This document shows, in pieces, positions 1 to 8,884 of a stretch of DNA of 64,000 bases. This DNA comes from an uncultured bacterium. GTDB lineage: Bacteria; Bacillota_I; Bacilli_A; RF39; UBA660. The position numbers were made by a program, and so were the translations under genes. How positions within the stretch are numbered: the first letter of the stretch is position 1; every line of letters starts with the position of its first letter. The stretch lies in contig CAMNUE010000001.1 in NCBI GenBank assembly GCA_946560065.1, forward strand, positions 62,805 through 126,804, read 5' to 3'. A model generated the notes under the pieces. It was given only the letters and a program-made list of their open reading frames with translations, was not told the DNA's origin and searched no databases.

Positions 1-524
1 TAAATACAAGATGGAGCTACTGCAATGTGTGGGAGCCAAAATCTATCAATGGAGGAACACCAAAATACAGCGTGTCATTAATAATTCCAAAAACTGACAC
101 AGTAACAGTTGAGAAGATTAAAAAGGCGATTGAAGTAGCATATAAAGAAGGAGAAAGTAAATTAAAAGGAACAGGAAAAAGTGTACCAGCATTACAAGCA
201 ATTAAGACACCACTTCGTGATGGAGATTTAGAAAGACCAGATGACGAGGCATATAAAGGATGTTACTTTATAAATGCAAATTCTCCAAAAGCACCAGGTA
301 TCGTAGATGCAGCTCTTCAACCTATTTTAGAACGCTCTGAAGTTTATAGTGGAGTGTATGGACGAGCAAGTATAAACCTATATGCTTTTAATTCCAATGG
401 TAATAAAGGTATTGCCTGTGGATTAAATAACTTACAAAAAATAAAAGACGGAGAAAGTCTTGGTGGAAAATCAAGGGCTGAAGACGACTTCGCAACTAGC
501 GATGAAGATGACTTTTTAGAATAG
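1..524 (+). CDS. DUF2815-family phage ssDNA-binding-like protein (5' end outside window)
   Basis: The frame is open back to position 3 (..NTRWSYCNVWEPKS..), so the listed ATG at 27 is internal. Acidic C-terminal tail DDFATSDEDDFLE as in SSB-type proteins. This family typically accompanies phage PolA. Confidence 0.6.
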   Translation, partial: NTRWSYCNVWEPKSINGGTPKYSVSLIIPKTDTVTVEKIKKAIEVAYKEGESKLKGTGKSVPALQAIKTPLRDGDLERPDDEAYKGCYFINANSPKAPGIVDAALQPILERSEVYSGVYGRASINLYAFNSNGNKGIACGLNNLQKIKDGESLGGKSRAEDDFATSDEDDFLE

Positions 525-536
525 GAGGATAAAAAG

Positions 537-725
537 ATGATTAACGTTTTATCAACAATATTCTGTGTAATTGTAGGTATTGAGTTTATTACTCTAATGT
601 TCCTTTTTGTTCTAAGTTCTTTGTTTTCATTATCATCTGATGTAAACACAGAAAAAAGAAGAGCTAAACAAGAAAAAAGAGATGAAGAATACCACAAAGC
701 AAGAATGAGAGAATTTATGAAATAA
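537..725 (+). CDS. Small membrane protein (62 aa), unknown function
   Basis: AGGAGG RBS upstream. One hydrophobic helix followed by a K/R/E-rich tail. A hairpin terminator follows. Confidence 0.5.
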   Translation: MINVLSTIFCVIVGIEFITLMFLFVLSSLFSLSSDVNTEKRRAKQEKRDEEYHKARMREFMK

Positions 726-730
726 GATAA

Positions 731-756
731 GGCGGTAGTAAAGCTACCGCTTTTAT
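731..756 (+). terminator. Rho-independent terminator
   Basis: GCGGTAG-taaag-CTACCGC stem-loop followed by TTTT. Confidence 0.6.
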
Positions 757-775
757 CATAATAGGAGGTAAAGCA

Positions 776-2764
776 ATGAGAGAAATTAAAACAATCTCTA
801 TTGATATAGAAACATTTTCTGACATCGACCTATCGAAGTGTGGTGTCTACAAATACTCTGAATCAGAGAAATTTGAAATACTACTATTTGCATATTCCAT
901 AAATCATGAAGAGGTACAAGTTGTTGATTTAGCTTTAGGAGAAAAGATACCATTAGAAATAATATCGGCACTTGCTGATGATAAAGTAACCAAGTGGGCT
1001 TATAATGCTAACTTTGAAAGAGTGTGTTTATCTCGCTATATTTCAAGATATTACCCTGAATACTTTATATCTTATAGCATTGATGAGGACACAGTTAATG
1101 AGTTTTTAGACCCTAGTTCTTGGAGATGTTCTATGATATGGTCGGCTTATTTAGGACTTCCTTTGTCACTTGCAGGAGTTGGTGCTGTATTAGGATTAGA
1201 AGAACAAAAACTAAAAGAGGGTAAAGATTTAATCAAGTACTTTTGTGTTCCTTGTAATCCAACAAAAACAAATGGAGGTAGAACAAGAAACCTACCAGAG
1301 CATGATATGACTAAATGGGAGCTTTTCAAAAAGTATAATAAGCGAGATGTTGAAGTTGAAGTATCTATCCAGGAAAGATTACAAAGTTATCCTGTGCCAG
1401 AGTTCTTATGGGATGAGTATCACTTGGATCAAGAAATAAATGATAGAGGAATTGGGCTTGATATGGAGCTTGTAGAAAATGCTATAAAGTTTGATGAGAT
1501 AGCAAAGCAAGAAACATCAGAAAAACTACAAACCCTAACCAACATAGAAAATCCAAACTCAGTCATGCAAATGAAAGAATGGCTCAACAATAATGGAGTT
1601 GAGGCAGAGTCACTTGGTAAAAAGCAAGTGGCTGAAATGATAAAAGATGCACCAAAAGAAATAGCTGAAGTTTTAGAACTAAGGCAACAAATATCTAAAT
1701 CTTCAGTAAAGAAATATCTAGCCATGAAGAATGCAGGTTGCTGGTGTAATCGTGCTAGAGGTATGTTTCAATTCTATGGTGCTAATAGAACAGGAAGATG
1801 GGCAGGAAGGATTATACAATTACAAAACCTACCACAAAACCATATAGAAGATTTAAAAGATGCAAGAGAGCTAGTTAAGTATGGCGACTATAATGCTTTT
1901 GAAACTCTATATGATGTTCCAGATACCTTATCTCAACTTATCCGTACAGCATTTGTTCCAAGAAAAGGTATGAAGTTTATAGTAGCAGACTTTTCTGCGA
2001 TTGAAGCTAGAGTTTTATCTTTTCTAGCAAATGAAAAGTGGAGGATGGATGTATTTGCAAACAATGGTGATATCTATTGTCAGTCAGCCTCTGCTATGTT
2101 TAAAGTCCCAGTTGAAAAGCATGGAGTAAATGGACACTTAAGACAAAAAGGAAAAATTGCAGAATTAGCCTGTGGCTATGGTGGTTCTGTTGGAGCTTTG
2201 AAAGCAATGGGAGCCATTGATATGGGACTTCAAGAAGAGGAATTAGAACCTCTTGTTAAATCCTGGAGAGAAGCAAATCCACACATCGTGGAAATGTGGT
2301 GGGCAGTAGATAAAGCAATAAAAACTGCAGTTAGAAATAGAACTAAAACTGAAACTCATGGATTAAAGTTCATTTATAAAAGTGGGATGCTCTTTATTGA
2401 ATTACCAAGTGGTAGAAGACTAGCCTATGTAAAACCTAAGATTGAAATTAATCAATATGGATCAGAAAGTGTAACATATGAAGGTGTAGGTGCTACTAAA
2501 AAGTGGGAACGATTAGAAAGTTACGGTCCAAAGTTTGTAGAAAACATTATACAAGCCATTAGTAGAGACATCTTGTGTTATGCAATGCAAAGGTTATCTT
2601 ATTGTTTTATAGTAGGACACGTCCATGATGAAATGATAATTGAATGTAGTAAAGAGATGTCGCTTGAAAAGGTATGTGAACAAATGGGAGAAACCCCTCC
2701 TTGGATTAAAGGCTTACTTTTAAGAGCTGACGGGTATGAATGTGAATTTTATAAAAAAGATTAA
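776..2764 (+). CDS. Family A DNA polymerase with N-terminal 3'-5' exonuclease domain
   Basis: ISIDIETFS (Exo I DxE), NRTGRWAGR motif typical of this phage PolA clade, VADFSAIEARV and GHVHDEMIIE polymerase motifs. AGGAGG RBS. Confidence 0.85.
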   Translation: MREIKTISIDIETFSDIDLSKCGVYKYSESEKFEILLFAYSINHEEVQVVDLALGEKIPLEIISALADDKVTKWAYNANFERVCLSRYISRYYPEYFISYSIDEDTVNEFLDPSSWRCSMIWSAYLGLPLSLAGVGAVLGLEEQKLKEGKDLIKYFCVPCNPTKTNGGRTRNLPEHDMTKWELFKKYNKRDVEVEVSIQERLQSYPVPEFLWDEYHLDQEINDRGIGLDMELVENAIKFDEIAKQETSEKLQTLTNIENPNSVMQMKEWLNNNGVEAESLGKKQVAEMIKDAPKEIAEVLELRQQISKSSVKKYLAMKNAGCWCNRARGMFQFYGANRTGRWAGRIIQLQNLPQNHIEDLKDARELVKYGDYNAFETLYDVPDTLSQLIRTAFVPRKGMKFIVADFSAIEARVLSFLANEKWRMDVFANNGDIYCQSASAMFKVPVEKHGVNGHLRQKGKIAELACGYGGSVGALKAMGAIDMGLQEEELEPLVKSWREANPHIVEMWWAVDKAIKTAVRNRTKTETHGLKFIYKSGMLFIELPSGRRLAYVKPKIEINQYGSESVTYEGVGATKKWERLESYGPKFVENIIQAISRDILCYAMQRLSYCFIVGHVHDEMIIECSKEMSLEKVCEQMGETPPWIKGLLLRADGYECEFYKKD

Positions 2765-2767
2765 ACG

Positions 2768-2792
2768 AGAGGCTAAAATATAGCCTTTTTTC
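2768..2792 (+). terminator. Rho-independent terminator after polymerase gene
   Basis: AGGCTA-aaata-TAGCCT stem followed by a T6 run. Confidence 0.6.
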
Positions 2793-2850
2793 TTTGACTG
2801 TTATTTAGGAGAAGGTGTTTCTCCAAAACCAAAGAAAGGAGGCAAGAATA

Positions 2851-3246
2851 ATGGCAAGTGACGGAGAGATTCTTGATTATAAAGATTTACTAAACAAATT
2901 CAATCTAACTGATGAGTTCTACCCACTTGTGTATGTATGTTCTCCATATAGAGGAAACATAGAAGAGAATACTCAAAAAGCTAGAGAGTATAGTAGATTC
3001 ACATTTGAAAAGAAAAACATACCAATAACACCACATCTTTTATACCCGCAATTCATAAATGACGATGACCTGTTTGAAAGAAACATTGCGATTCACAAAA
3101 TCAACTATGTTCTTTTAGGGCTTTGTAAAGAAGTGTGGGTTTTTGGTGATGTCATTACAGAAGGAATGAAACGAGAAATATCTGTTGCGAAGAAGAGAAA
3201 AAAGCCAATTAGGTATTTCAATCACGATTTAAAGGAGGAGAGTTAA
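2851..3246 (+). CDS. DUF4406 / nucleoside 2-deoxyribosyltransferase-like protein (tentative)
   Basis: Start moved from GTG 2815 to ATG 2851, which has an AAGGAGG RBS. VYVCSPYRG ... EVWVFGD pattern resembles the DUF4406 family. Confidence 0.45.
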   Translation: MASDGEILDYKDLLNKFNLTDEFYPLVYVCSPYRGNIEENTQKAREYSRFTFEKKNIPITPHLLYPQFINDDDLFERNIAIHKINYVLLGLCKEVWVFGDVITEGMKREISVAKKRKKPIRYFNHDLKEES

Positions 3247-3250
3247 AACT

Positions 3251-5509
3251 ATGTTTACAATTTATTATTCAGATGTTACTGGAGTTCCAAGTAACTGCAG
3301 TTATCCTCATAAGAAACTGGTAACTGATGAGGGTAGCTTAAAAGAGGCTATTAGTCATGATTATGTATGTGCTGAATATAAAAACAGCTATCGTAATGGT
3401 GACAATTTCATAGGAAGTGATTGTCTTCCTGTTGATTGTGATAATGACCACTCTGATAATCCAGAAGATTGGATAACACCAAGTATTATAAGAGAGGCAT
3501 TTCCTGATGTTTCATTTGCTATTCATTATAGTAGGTCAAACAACAAGGAAAAGAACGGAAAAAGTGCTCGTCCAAAGTTCCATGTGTTATTCCCAATTGA
3601 TTATGAAACTGATGCAACTAAATATAAAGACATCAAATTAAGGGTAAATTCTATATTCCCATACTTCGATACAAATGCTCTTGATGCTGCAAGGTTCTTC
3701 TTTGGTACAAAAGAGGCTGAAGTTGAAATCTATCAAGGAAGTATTAATTTAACCGAATACTTAAACTCTGATGAATTTGAAAACATGGAAATGAATAAAA
3801 TGCCAGAGAGTTTGGTAATTAAAGAAGGCAGTCGTAACTCCACATTATCTCATTTTGCTGGTCGAGTTATAAAGAAATATGGAGACACAAAAAAAGCATA
3901 TGAAGTGTTTATGGAAAAAGCTGCTCTTTGTGATCCACCATTAGGAGATGAAGAACTAGTTTCTATTTGGAATAGTGCTAAAAAGTTTTATAAAAAGTTA
4001 TCCAATCAAGAAGGCTATGTTGACCCAGAACAATACAACCAAGATTTCATATTAGAACCATTGGATTATTCAGATGTAGGACAGGCAACTGTACTAGCAA
4101 AAGAGTATGAGAACAAATTAAAGTATTCTCCATCGACAGACTTTCTTGTTTATAACGGAAGTTACTGGGAGGAGTCAAAGTCTAAAGCTCAAGCTATATC
4201 ACAGGAACTAACAACAAGGCAACTTGAAGAAGCGGAAGTAGGAATAAAAAAACTAACTGATGTAATGCTTAAAAATGGTGCTTGGGATATTTTATCTTCT
4301 GTCGGTCCTAAAAAAGCAGTTGGATTATTTAATGAAGAACAAGCTAGAGTTTTCAAAGACTATGAAGATGTAACAGCTTATAGGAAGTATGCAATTAAAA
4401 GAAGAGACTCAAAGTATATCTTTGCATCATTAAAAGAGGCAAGTCCTATGGTTGAAATCAAGCAAGATAGATTAGATAGTGATGAGTTCTTATTGAACAC
4501 ACCAACAGCAACATATGATTTAAGATTTGGTGCTGATAAAAAGCATGAACATTCAGCTGATGATTACATTACAAAACAAACAACACTTGATCCATCTAGT
4601 GAAGGAGAAGAAATATGGAATGATGCTCTAAACACATTCTTCTGTGAGGATAAGGACTTAATAAGATACGTGCAAGAAGTAGCAGGACTTGCTGCAATAG
4701 GTAAAGTGCATCTTGAAGGTCTTATTATTGCTTATGGTGGTGGTAGAAATGGTAAGTCTACATTCTGGAATACAATCTCCAAAATACTAGGTACTTATAG
4801 TGGCAATATGTCAGCTGATACTTTAACTGTTGGATGCAAGAGAAATGTTAAACCAGAGATGGCAGAGATAAAAGGAAAACGACTTGTAATTGCAGCAGAA
4901 CTTGAAGAAGGTATGAGGTTTAATACTTCTAATATAAAGCAGTTGTGTTCTACCGATGAAATCTATGCCGAGAAAAAATATAAAGAACCTTTTAAGTTTG
5001 AACCAACTCATACTTTAGTACTTTATACAAACCATCTACCAAAGGTAGGTGCAATTGATGAAGGAACTTGGAGAAGACTTATAGTAATTCCGTTTAATGC
5101 AGTAATTGATGGTTCATCAGATATAAAGAATTATGCTGACTACTTATATGAAAATGCAGGTGGTGCAATTCTTAAATGGATAATGGAAGGTTCTAAACGA
5201 GTAATTGATAATGAGTATCACTTAACTAAACCAGCAGTAGTTGAAAACGCAATTAATAAGTACAAAGAAAGCAACGATTGGTTTTCACAATTTCTGGATG
5301 AATGTTGTGAAGTTGATAATTCATTTAGTGAAAATTCTGGAGAAGTTTATAGTGCCTATAGGGACTACTGTTCGAGGGTAGGTGACTACATAAGAAGTAC
5401 TACTGATTTTTATACTGCTCTTGAAAGTGCTGGTTTTCAAAGAAGAAAAACAAAAACAGCAAGGCTAATTTATGGCTTAAAACTCAAATCAGAATTTCTA
5501 GAAAATTAA
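3251..5509 (+). CDS. Bifunctional primase-polymerase / D5-P4-family helicase
   Basis: 752 aa. N-terminal prim-pol-like region (KFHVLFPID). C-terminal Walker A GGGRNGKST and Walker B-like LVIAAELEEG, matching the phage/plasmid primase P4-type architecture. Confidence 0.8.
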   Translation: MFTIYYSDVTGVPSNCSYPHKKLVTDEGSLKEAISHDYVCAEYKNSYRNGDNFIGSDCLPVDCDNDHSDNPEDWITPSIIREAFPDVSFAIHYSRSNNKEKNGKSARPKFHVLFPIDYETDATKYKDIKLRVNSIFPYFDTNALDAARFFFGTKEAEVEIYQGSINLTEYLNSDEFENMEMNKMPESLVIKEGSRNSTLSHFAGRVIKKYGDTKKAYEVFMEKAALCDPPLGDEELVSIWNSAKKFYKKLSNQEGYVDPEQYNQDFILEPLDYSDVGQATVLAKEYENKLKYSPSTDFLVYNGSYWEESKSKAQAISQELTTRQLEEAEVGIKKLTDVMLKNGAWDILSSVGPKKAVGLFNEEQARVFKDYEDVTAYRKYAIKRRDSKYIFASLKEASPMVEIKQDRLDSDEFLLNTPTATYDLRFGADKKHEHSADDYITKQTTLDPSSEGEEIWNDALNTFFCEDKDLIRYVQEVAGLAAIGKVHLEGLIIAYGGGRNGKSTFWNTISKILGTYSGNMSADTLTVGCKRNVKPEMAEIKGKRLVIAAELEEGMRFNTSNIKQLCSTDEIYAEKKYKEPFKFEPTHTLVLYTNHLPKVGAIDEGTWRRLIVIPFNAVIDGSSDIKNYADYLYENAGGAILKWIMEGSKRVIDNEYHLTKPAVVENAINKYKESNDWFSQFLDECCEVDNSFSENSGEVYSAYRDYCSRVGDYIRSTTDFYTALESAGFQRRKTKTARLIYGLKLKSEFLEN

Positions 5510-5512
5510 AAA

Positions 5513-5628
5513 GGTGACACTCGGTGACAGTCTTTTCTATAAATATTCTATAGAGTTAAAAAAATTAATATATAAGAAAAGTTATGGAAATGAACGTCAC
5601 CGACCGTCACCATCACTTTAAAAGACTG
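5513..5628. promoter_or_regulatory. Iteron-like GGTGAC repeat set (candidate replication origin or operator)
   Basis: GGTGAC at 5513 and 5523; GTCACC at 5596 and 5606, so each pair is 10 bp apart. A further inverted pair is CAGTCTTTT 5528-5536 / AAAAGACTG 5620-5628. The spacer between them is AT-rich and contains the palindrome TCTATAAATATTCTATAGA. Confidence 0.4.
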
Positions 5629-5644
5629 ATGGGAGTAAGGAAAA

Positions 5645-5926
5645 ATGAGAGAAAAGTATATAGAGCAAAAATTAGTTAGTGAAGTTAAAAAGCGTGGTGG
5701 CATTTGTTTGAAACTTGCATCAACAGGATTAGATGGTATTCCAGATAGACTGGTATTAATGTCAAAAGGTAGGGTTGCTTTTGTAGAGTTGAAAGCACCA
5801 AAACAAAAACCAAGAAAACTCCAACTTGTAAGAATTAAGAAGTTAAAAGAACTAGGATTTAGTGTATATGTGTTAGACACTTTAGAAGATATAGGAGGTG
5901 TAATCGATGATATACAAACCACATAA
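5645..5926 (+). CDS. VRR-NUC domain nuclease
   Basis: 93 aa. GIPDRLVL ... VELK core (PD-(D/E)xK type) characteristic of VRR-NUC. Overlaps the following SNF2 gene. Confidence 0.75.
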   Translation: MREKYIEQKLVSEVKKRGGICLKLASTGLDGIPDRLVLMSKGRVAFVELKAPKQKPRKLQLVRIKKLKELGFSVYVLDTLEDIGGVIDDIQTT

Positions 5927-7289
5927 TTATCAAAAGTATGCAACCGAGTTTATTGAAACTCACAACGAGTCAGCAGTCCTACTTGATATGGGACTTGGAA
6001 AAACATCAATAACACTTACTGCAATAAATGATTTATTATTTGATAGTTTTGAAGTTCACAAGGTTTTAGTAATTGCACCTTTAAGAGTTGCAAGATTTAG
6101 TTGGAAAGCTGAAATAGAAAAATGGGAACACCTACATAACTTGAAATATGAAATTGTAGTAGGTACAGAAAAAGAAAGAATAGCTGCTTTGAGGAACAAT
6201 GCCGATATTTATATTATTAATCGTGACAATGTTAAGTGGCTAGTTGAAAAAATGGGTTCTAAATTTAACTTTGATATGGTTGTAATCGATGAACTATCAT
6301 CTTTTAAGAATTATAACTCACAAAGATTTAGAAGTTTTATGAAAGTGCGACCTAGAGTTAAAAGAATGGTTGGATTAACAGGAACTCCATCAAGTAATGG
6401 ATTAATGGATTTATTTGCTGAATTTAAAGTGCTAGATATGGGAAAAAGGCTAGGAAGATTTATTGGAGAATATAGAAACAACTACTTTGAAGCAGATAAG
6501 CGAAATGGTCAAATAATATTCAGTTATAAACCATTACCAAATGCAGAAGAACAAATATATAAGCAAATATCCGATATTACGATTTCTATGAAATCAACTG
6601 ATTATTTAGAAATGCCAGAATTAATAAAAAGCAACTATTCTGTAACTTTAGATGAAAAGGAATGGAATAAATATCAAGAATTAAAAGAAGATTTAGTACT
6701 GGAACTTCCTGGAGGAGAAATAACAGCAAGTAATGCTGCAGTACTATCAAACAAATTAATACAAATGGCAAATGGAGCCATATATGATGAAAATGGAGAG
6801 TTCGTAGATGTACATAGTAAAAAATTAGAGGCTTTGGAAGATTTAATTGAATCAGCAAATGGAAAACCTGTACTTGTTGCATACTGGTTCAAACATGATC
6901 TTGAAAGAATTGAAAAACACCTAAAAAGTAAAAAGATTGAATTTGCAAGACTTGATAGTGACAAAAGTATCGAAGATTGGAACAATGGAAAAATATCAGT
7001 TGCACTTATTCATCCAGCATCAACAGGACATGGCTTAAATCTTCAAGATGGTGGTTCTACAATTATATGGTTTGGACTTACTTGGTCTTTAGAATTGTAC
7101 GAACAAACAAATGCAAGATTATGGCGTCAAGGTCAAAAGGCAAAAACGGTAGTAATAGAACATATTGTTTCAAAAGGCACTATTGATGAACAAATAATAC
7201 AAGCATTAGAAGGAAAACACAAAGTACAGGATTCATTGATTAGTGCAGTAAAAGTAAATCTTAGTAAATCAGAGTCAATCCGAGGGTAA
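5907..7289 (+). CDS. SNF2/DEAD-like helicase
   Basis: LDMGLGKT (Walker A), VVIDELSS (DExx), LTGTPSSNG, HPASTGHGLNLQ and WRQGQ helicase motifs. Confidence 0.85.
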   Translation: MIYKPHNYQKYATEFIETHNESAVLLDMGLGKTSITLTAINDLLFDSFEVHKVLVIAPLRVARFSWKAEIEKWEHLHNLKYEIVVGTEKERIAALRNNADIYIINRDNVKWLVEKMGSKFNFDMVVIDELSSFKNYNSQRFRSFMKVRPRVKRMVGLTGTPSSNGLMDLFAEFKVLDMGKRLGRFIGEYRNNYFEADKRNGQIIFSYKPLPNAEEQIYKQISDITISMKSTDYLEMPELIKSNYSVTLDEKEWNKYQELKEDLVLELPGGEITASNAAVLSNKLIQMANGAIYDENGEFVDVHSKKLEALEDLIESANGKPVLVAYWFKHDLERIEKHLKSKKIEFARLDSDKSIEDWNNGKISVALIHPASTGHGLNLQDGGSTIIWFGLTWSLELYEQTNARLWRQGQKAKTVVIEHIVSKGTIDEQIIQALEGKHKVQDSLISAVKVNLSKSESIRG

Positions 7290-7313
7290 TCAAAAAGAAT
7301 CGGAGGTTAAAAT

Positions 7314-7721
7314 ATGACAGCAAAAGAATACTTGTTACAGGCTCATTATTTAGATGAACGTATAACATCAAAGACACAACAGATAGCATCCTTAAACGAA
7401 TTAGCAACAAGATGCACGTCTACCATTTCTGATATGCCAAAGAGTCCTAATCGTGGTGGATCAAGAATGGAAGATTGCATTATTAAAATAATTGATTTGG
7501 AAGACAAGCTTAAGGAAGACATAGAAAAGTTAATAAACCTAAAGCAAGAGATAATGGAAGTTATAAGAGCAGTTCCTAACATTGAATACCAAACACTTCT
7601 TGAAAAGAGGTACTTGTGTTTCAACACTTGGGAACAAATATCTGTTGATATGAACTACTCAATACAGCATATACACCGTATGCATAGTTCAGCTTTGAAA
7701 GAAATTGTAGTTCCAAGTTAA
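7314..7721 (+). CDS. ArpU/RinA-like (DUF1492) phage late transcriptional regulator
   Basis: 135 aa. C-terminal sigma region-4-like HTH (YQTLLEKRYLCFNTWEQISVDMNYSIQHIHRMHSSALKE). Lies immediately upstream of the packaging genes. Confidence 0.6.
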   Translation: MTAKEYLLQAHYLDERITSKTQQIASLNELATRCTSTISDMPKSPNRGGSRMEDCIIKIIDLEDKLKEDIEKLINLKQEIMEVIRAVPNIEYQTLLEKRYLCFNTWEQISVDMNYSIQHIHRMHSSALKEIVVPS

Positions 7722-7794
7722 GATGAGAGTAAATGTGATAGTATGAGACTATGGTCTTGTGATATTATTATAATGGAAGAAATTAGAATGATGA

Positions 7795-7828
7795 AAGCCT
7801 TATGGGGAAACCTGTAGGGCTTTTATTA
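7795..7828 (+). terminator. Possible terminator hairpin
   Basis: AAGCCTTA-12 nt loop-TAGGGCTT (one G-U pair) followed by TTATT. Weak. Confidence 0.35.
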
Positions 7829-7849
7829 TGCAAGAAAGGAAAAGGAAAG

Positions 7850-8224
7850 ATGCCGAAGAAACCAAAGCGTCCATGTTCTTACCCAGGATGTCCACGATTA
7901 ACAGACGGTAGGTTTTGTTTAGAACATGAGAAACAAGAAAACAAAAGGTATGAACAATACGATAGAAGTCCAGAAGTAAAGAAAAGGTACGGACGAGTTT
8001 GGAAAAGAATAAGAGATAGCTATGCAAAAGAGCACCCTTTGTGTGAGAAGTGTTTGGAACAAGGTGTGTACAGAGCGATGGAAGAGGTACATCATAGATT
8101 ACCTCTTGCAGAAGGTGGAACACATGACAGAAAGAATTTGATTTCACTTTGTAAATCATGCCATGCAACGATTCATGCTGAACGAGGAGATAGATGGAAA
8201 CCTAAACCAAAATATTATAGGTAG
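7850..8224 (+). CDS. HNH endonuclease (terminase-associated)
   Basis: Start moved to ATG 7850 because the upstream part of the ORF is the hairpin. Motif EVHHRLPLAEGGTHDRKNLISLCKSCHATIH. Sits next to terS, as in cos-type HK97-like phages. Confidence 0.85.
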   Translation: MPKKPKRPCSYPGCPRLTDGRFCLEHEKQENKRYEQYDRSPEVKKRYGRVWKRIRDSYAKEHPLCEKCLEQGVYRAMEEVHHRLPLAEGGTHDRKNLISLCKSCHATIHAERGDRWKPKPKYYR

Positions 8225-8326
8225 GGGGGAGTCAAATCTCTAAAAAGTAAGAGCAGTGCAACGGGCGTGGGGTCTTATGTGTAAAAAAAGCGAATTCAAA
8301 AGGGTATTAAAGGGAGGTGAGATTAA

Positions 8327-8884
8327 ATGCCAACAAAATCAAACAACATCGGTGGTAGAGGTGGTGCAAGAATTGGTGCTGGAAGGAAAAAATCAGCAAT
8401 TAAAGAAAAAGCACAAAATGGAAATCCAGGTGGTAGAACTTTAGAGACTTTGGATATTCCAGAAATCGAAGGAGCAGAGATGCCAAAGCCACACGAGTTC
8501 TTATCTGAAAAGCAACGTGATGGAAATGAACTACAAGCAAAAGAGATATACCAAGAAACATGGAAGTGGCTTAAAAAAGTAGGCTGTGCTCAAAAAATCT
8601 CGCCACAGCTTTTGGAGAGATATTCGATGTGCAGTGCAAGGTGGATACAATGTGAAGAACTAACTAACAAGTTGGGACTTTTATCAAAACATCCCACTAC
8701 TCAAAAACCAATACCATCGCCATTCATAAATATAGGTATCAATTATATGAATCAAGCAGTTAGATTATGGAATGAGATATTCCAAATAGTAAAAGAAAAT
8801 TGCAGTACTTCTTATGAAGATGCTGCACCACAAAATGATTTGATGGAGAGACTATTAAGAGCAAGAGAGGAGAGAAAAAAATGA
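8327..8884 (+). CDS. Terminase small subunit (P27-family-like)
   Basis: Gly/Arg-rich N-terminus GGRGGARIGAGRKKS. Size and position fit a small terminase. GGGAGG RBS. Confidence 0.7.
   Translation: MPTKSNNIGGRGGARIGAGRKKSAIKEKAQNGNPGGRTLETLDIPEIEGAEMPKPHEFLSEKQRDGNELQAKEIYQETWKWLKKVGCAQKISPQLLERYSMCSARWIQCEELTNKLGLLSKHPTTQKPIPSPFINIGINYMNQAVRLWNEIFQIVKENCSTSYEDAAPQNDLMERLLRAREERKK

Noticed and set aside
344-697. 117-aa minus-strand ORF overlapping the SSB-like gene and the small membrane protein gene
   Set aside because: It is antisense to well-supported + strand genes, has a low-complexity Ser/Leu-rich translation and no RBS. The same reasoning applies to other antisense ORFs in the track, for example 1147-1329, 1429-1725, 4823-5011, 6586-6985, 7346-7627, 7800-8168, 10043-10273, 12654-13088, 17562-17984, 18212-18592, 34503-34868, 35166-35462, 41837-42269, 47719-47949, 52948-53244, 54044-54277 and 63578-63760.
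5548-5943. 131-aa minus-strand ORF spanning the iteron region and the VRR-NUC gene
   Set aside because: It is antisense to the VRR-NUC gene, which has clear family motifs and an RBS. The translation is low-complexity, so it is probably an artefact of AT-rich sequence.
5645-7289. VRR-NUC + SNF2 helicase as a possible defence system
   Set aside because: Both genes sit inside the phage replication module (SSB-like, PolA, primase-helicase). This is a common phage replication and recombination gene set, and no sensor or effector partners are present.
8256-8444. 62-aa ORF overlapping the terS start
   Set aside because: It has no RBS and overlaps the better-supported terS (GGGAGG RBS, P27-like N-terminus). 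The region is more plausibly non-coding, possibly a cos site.
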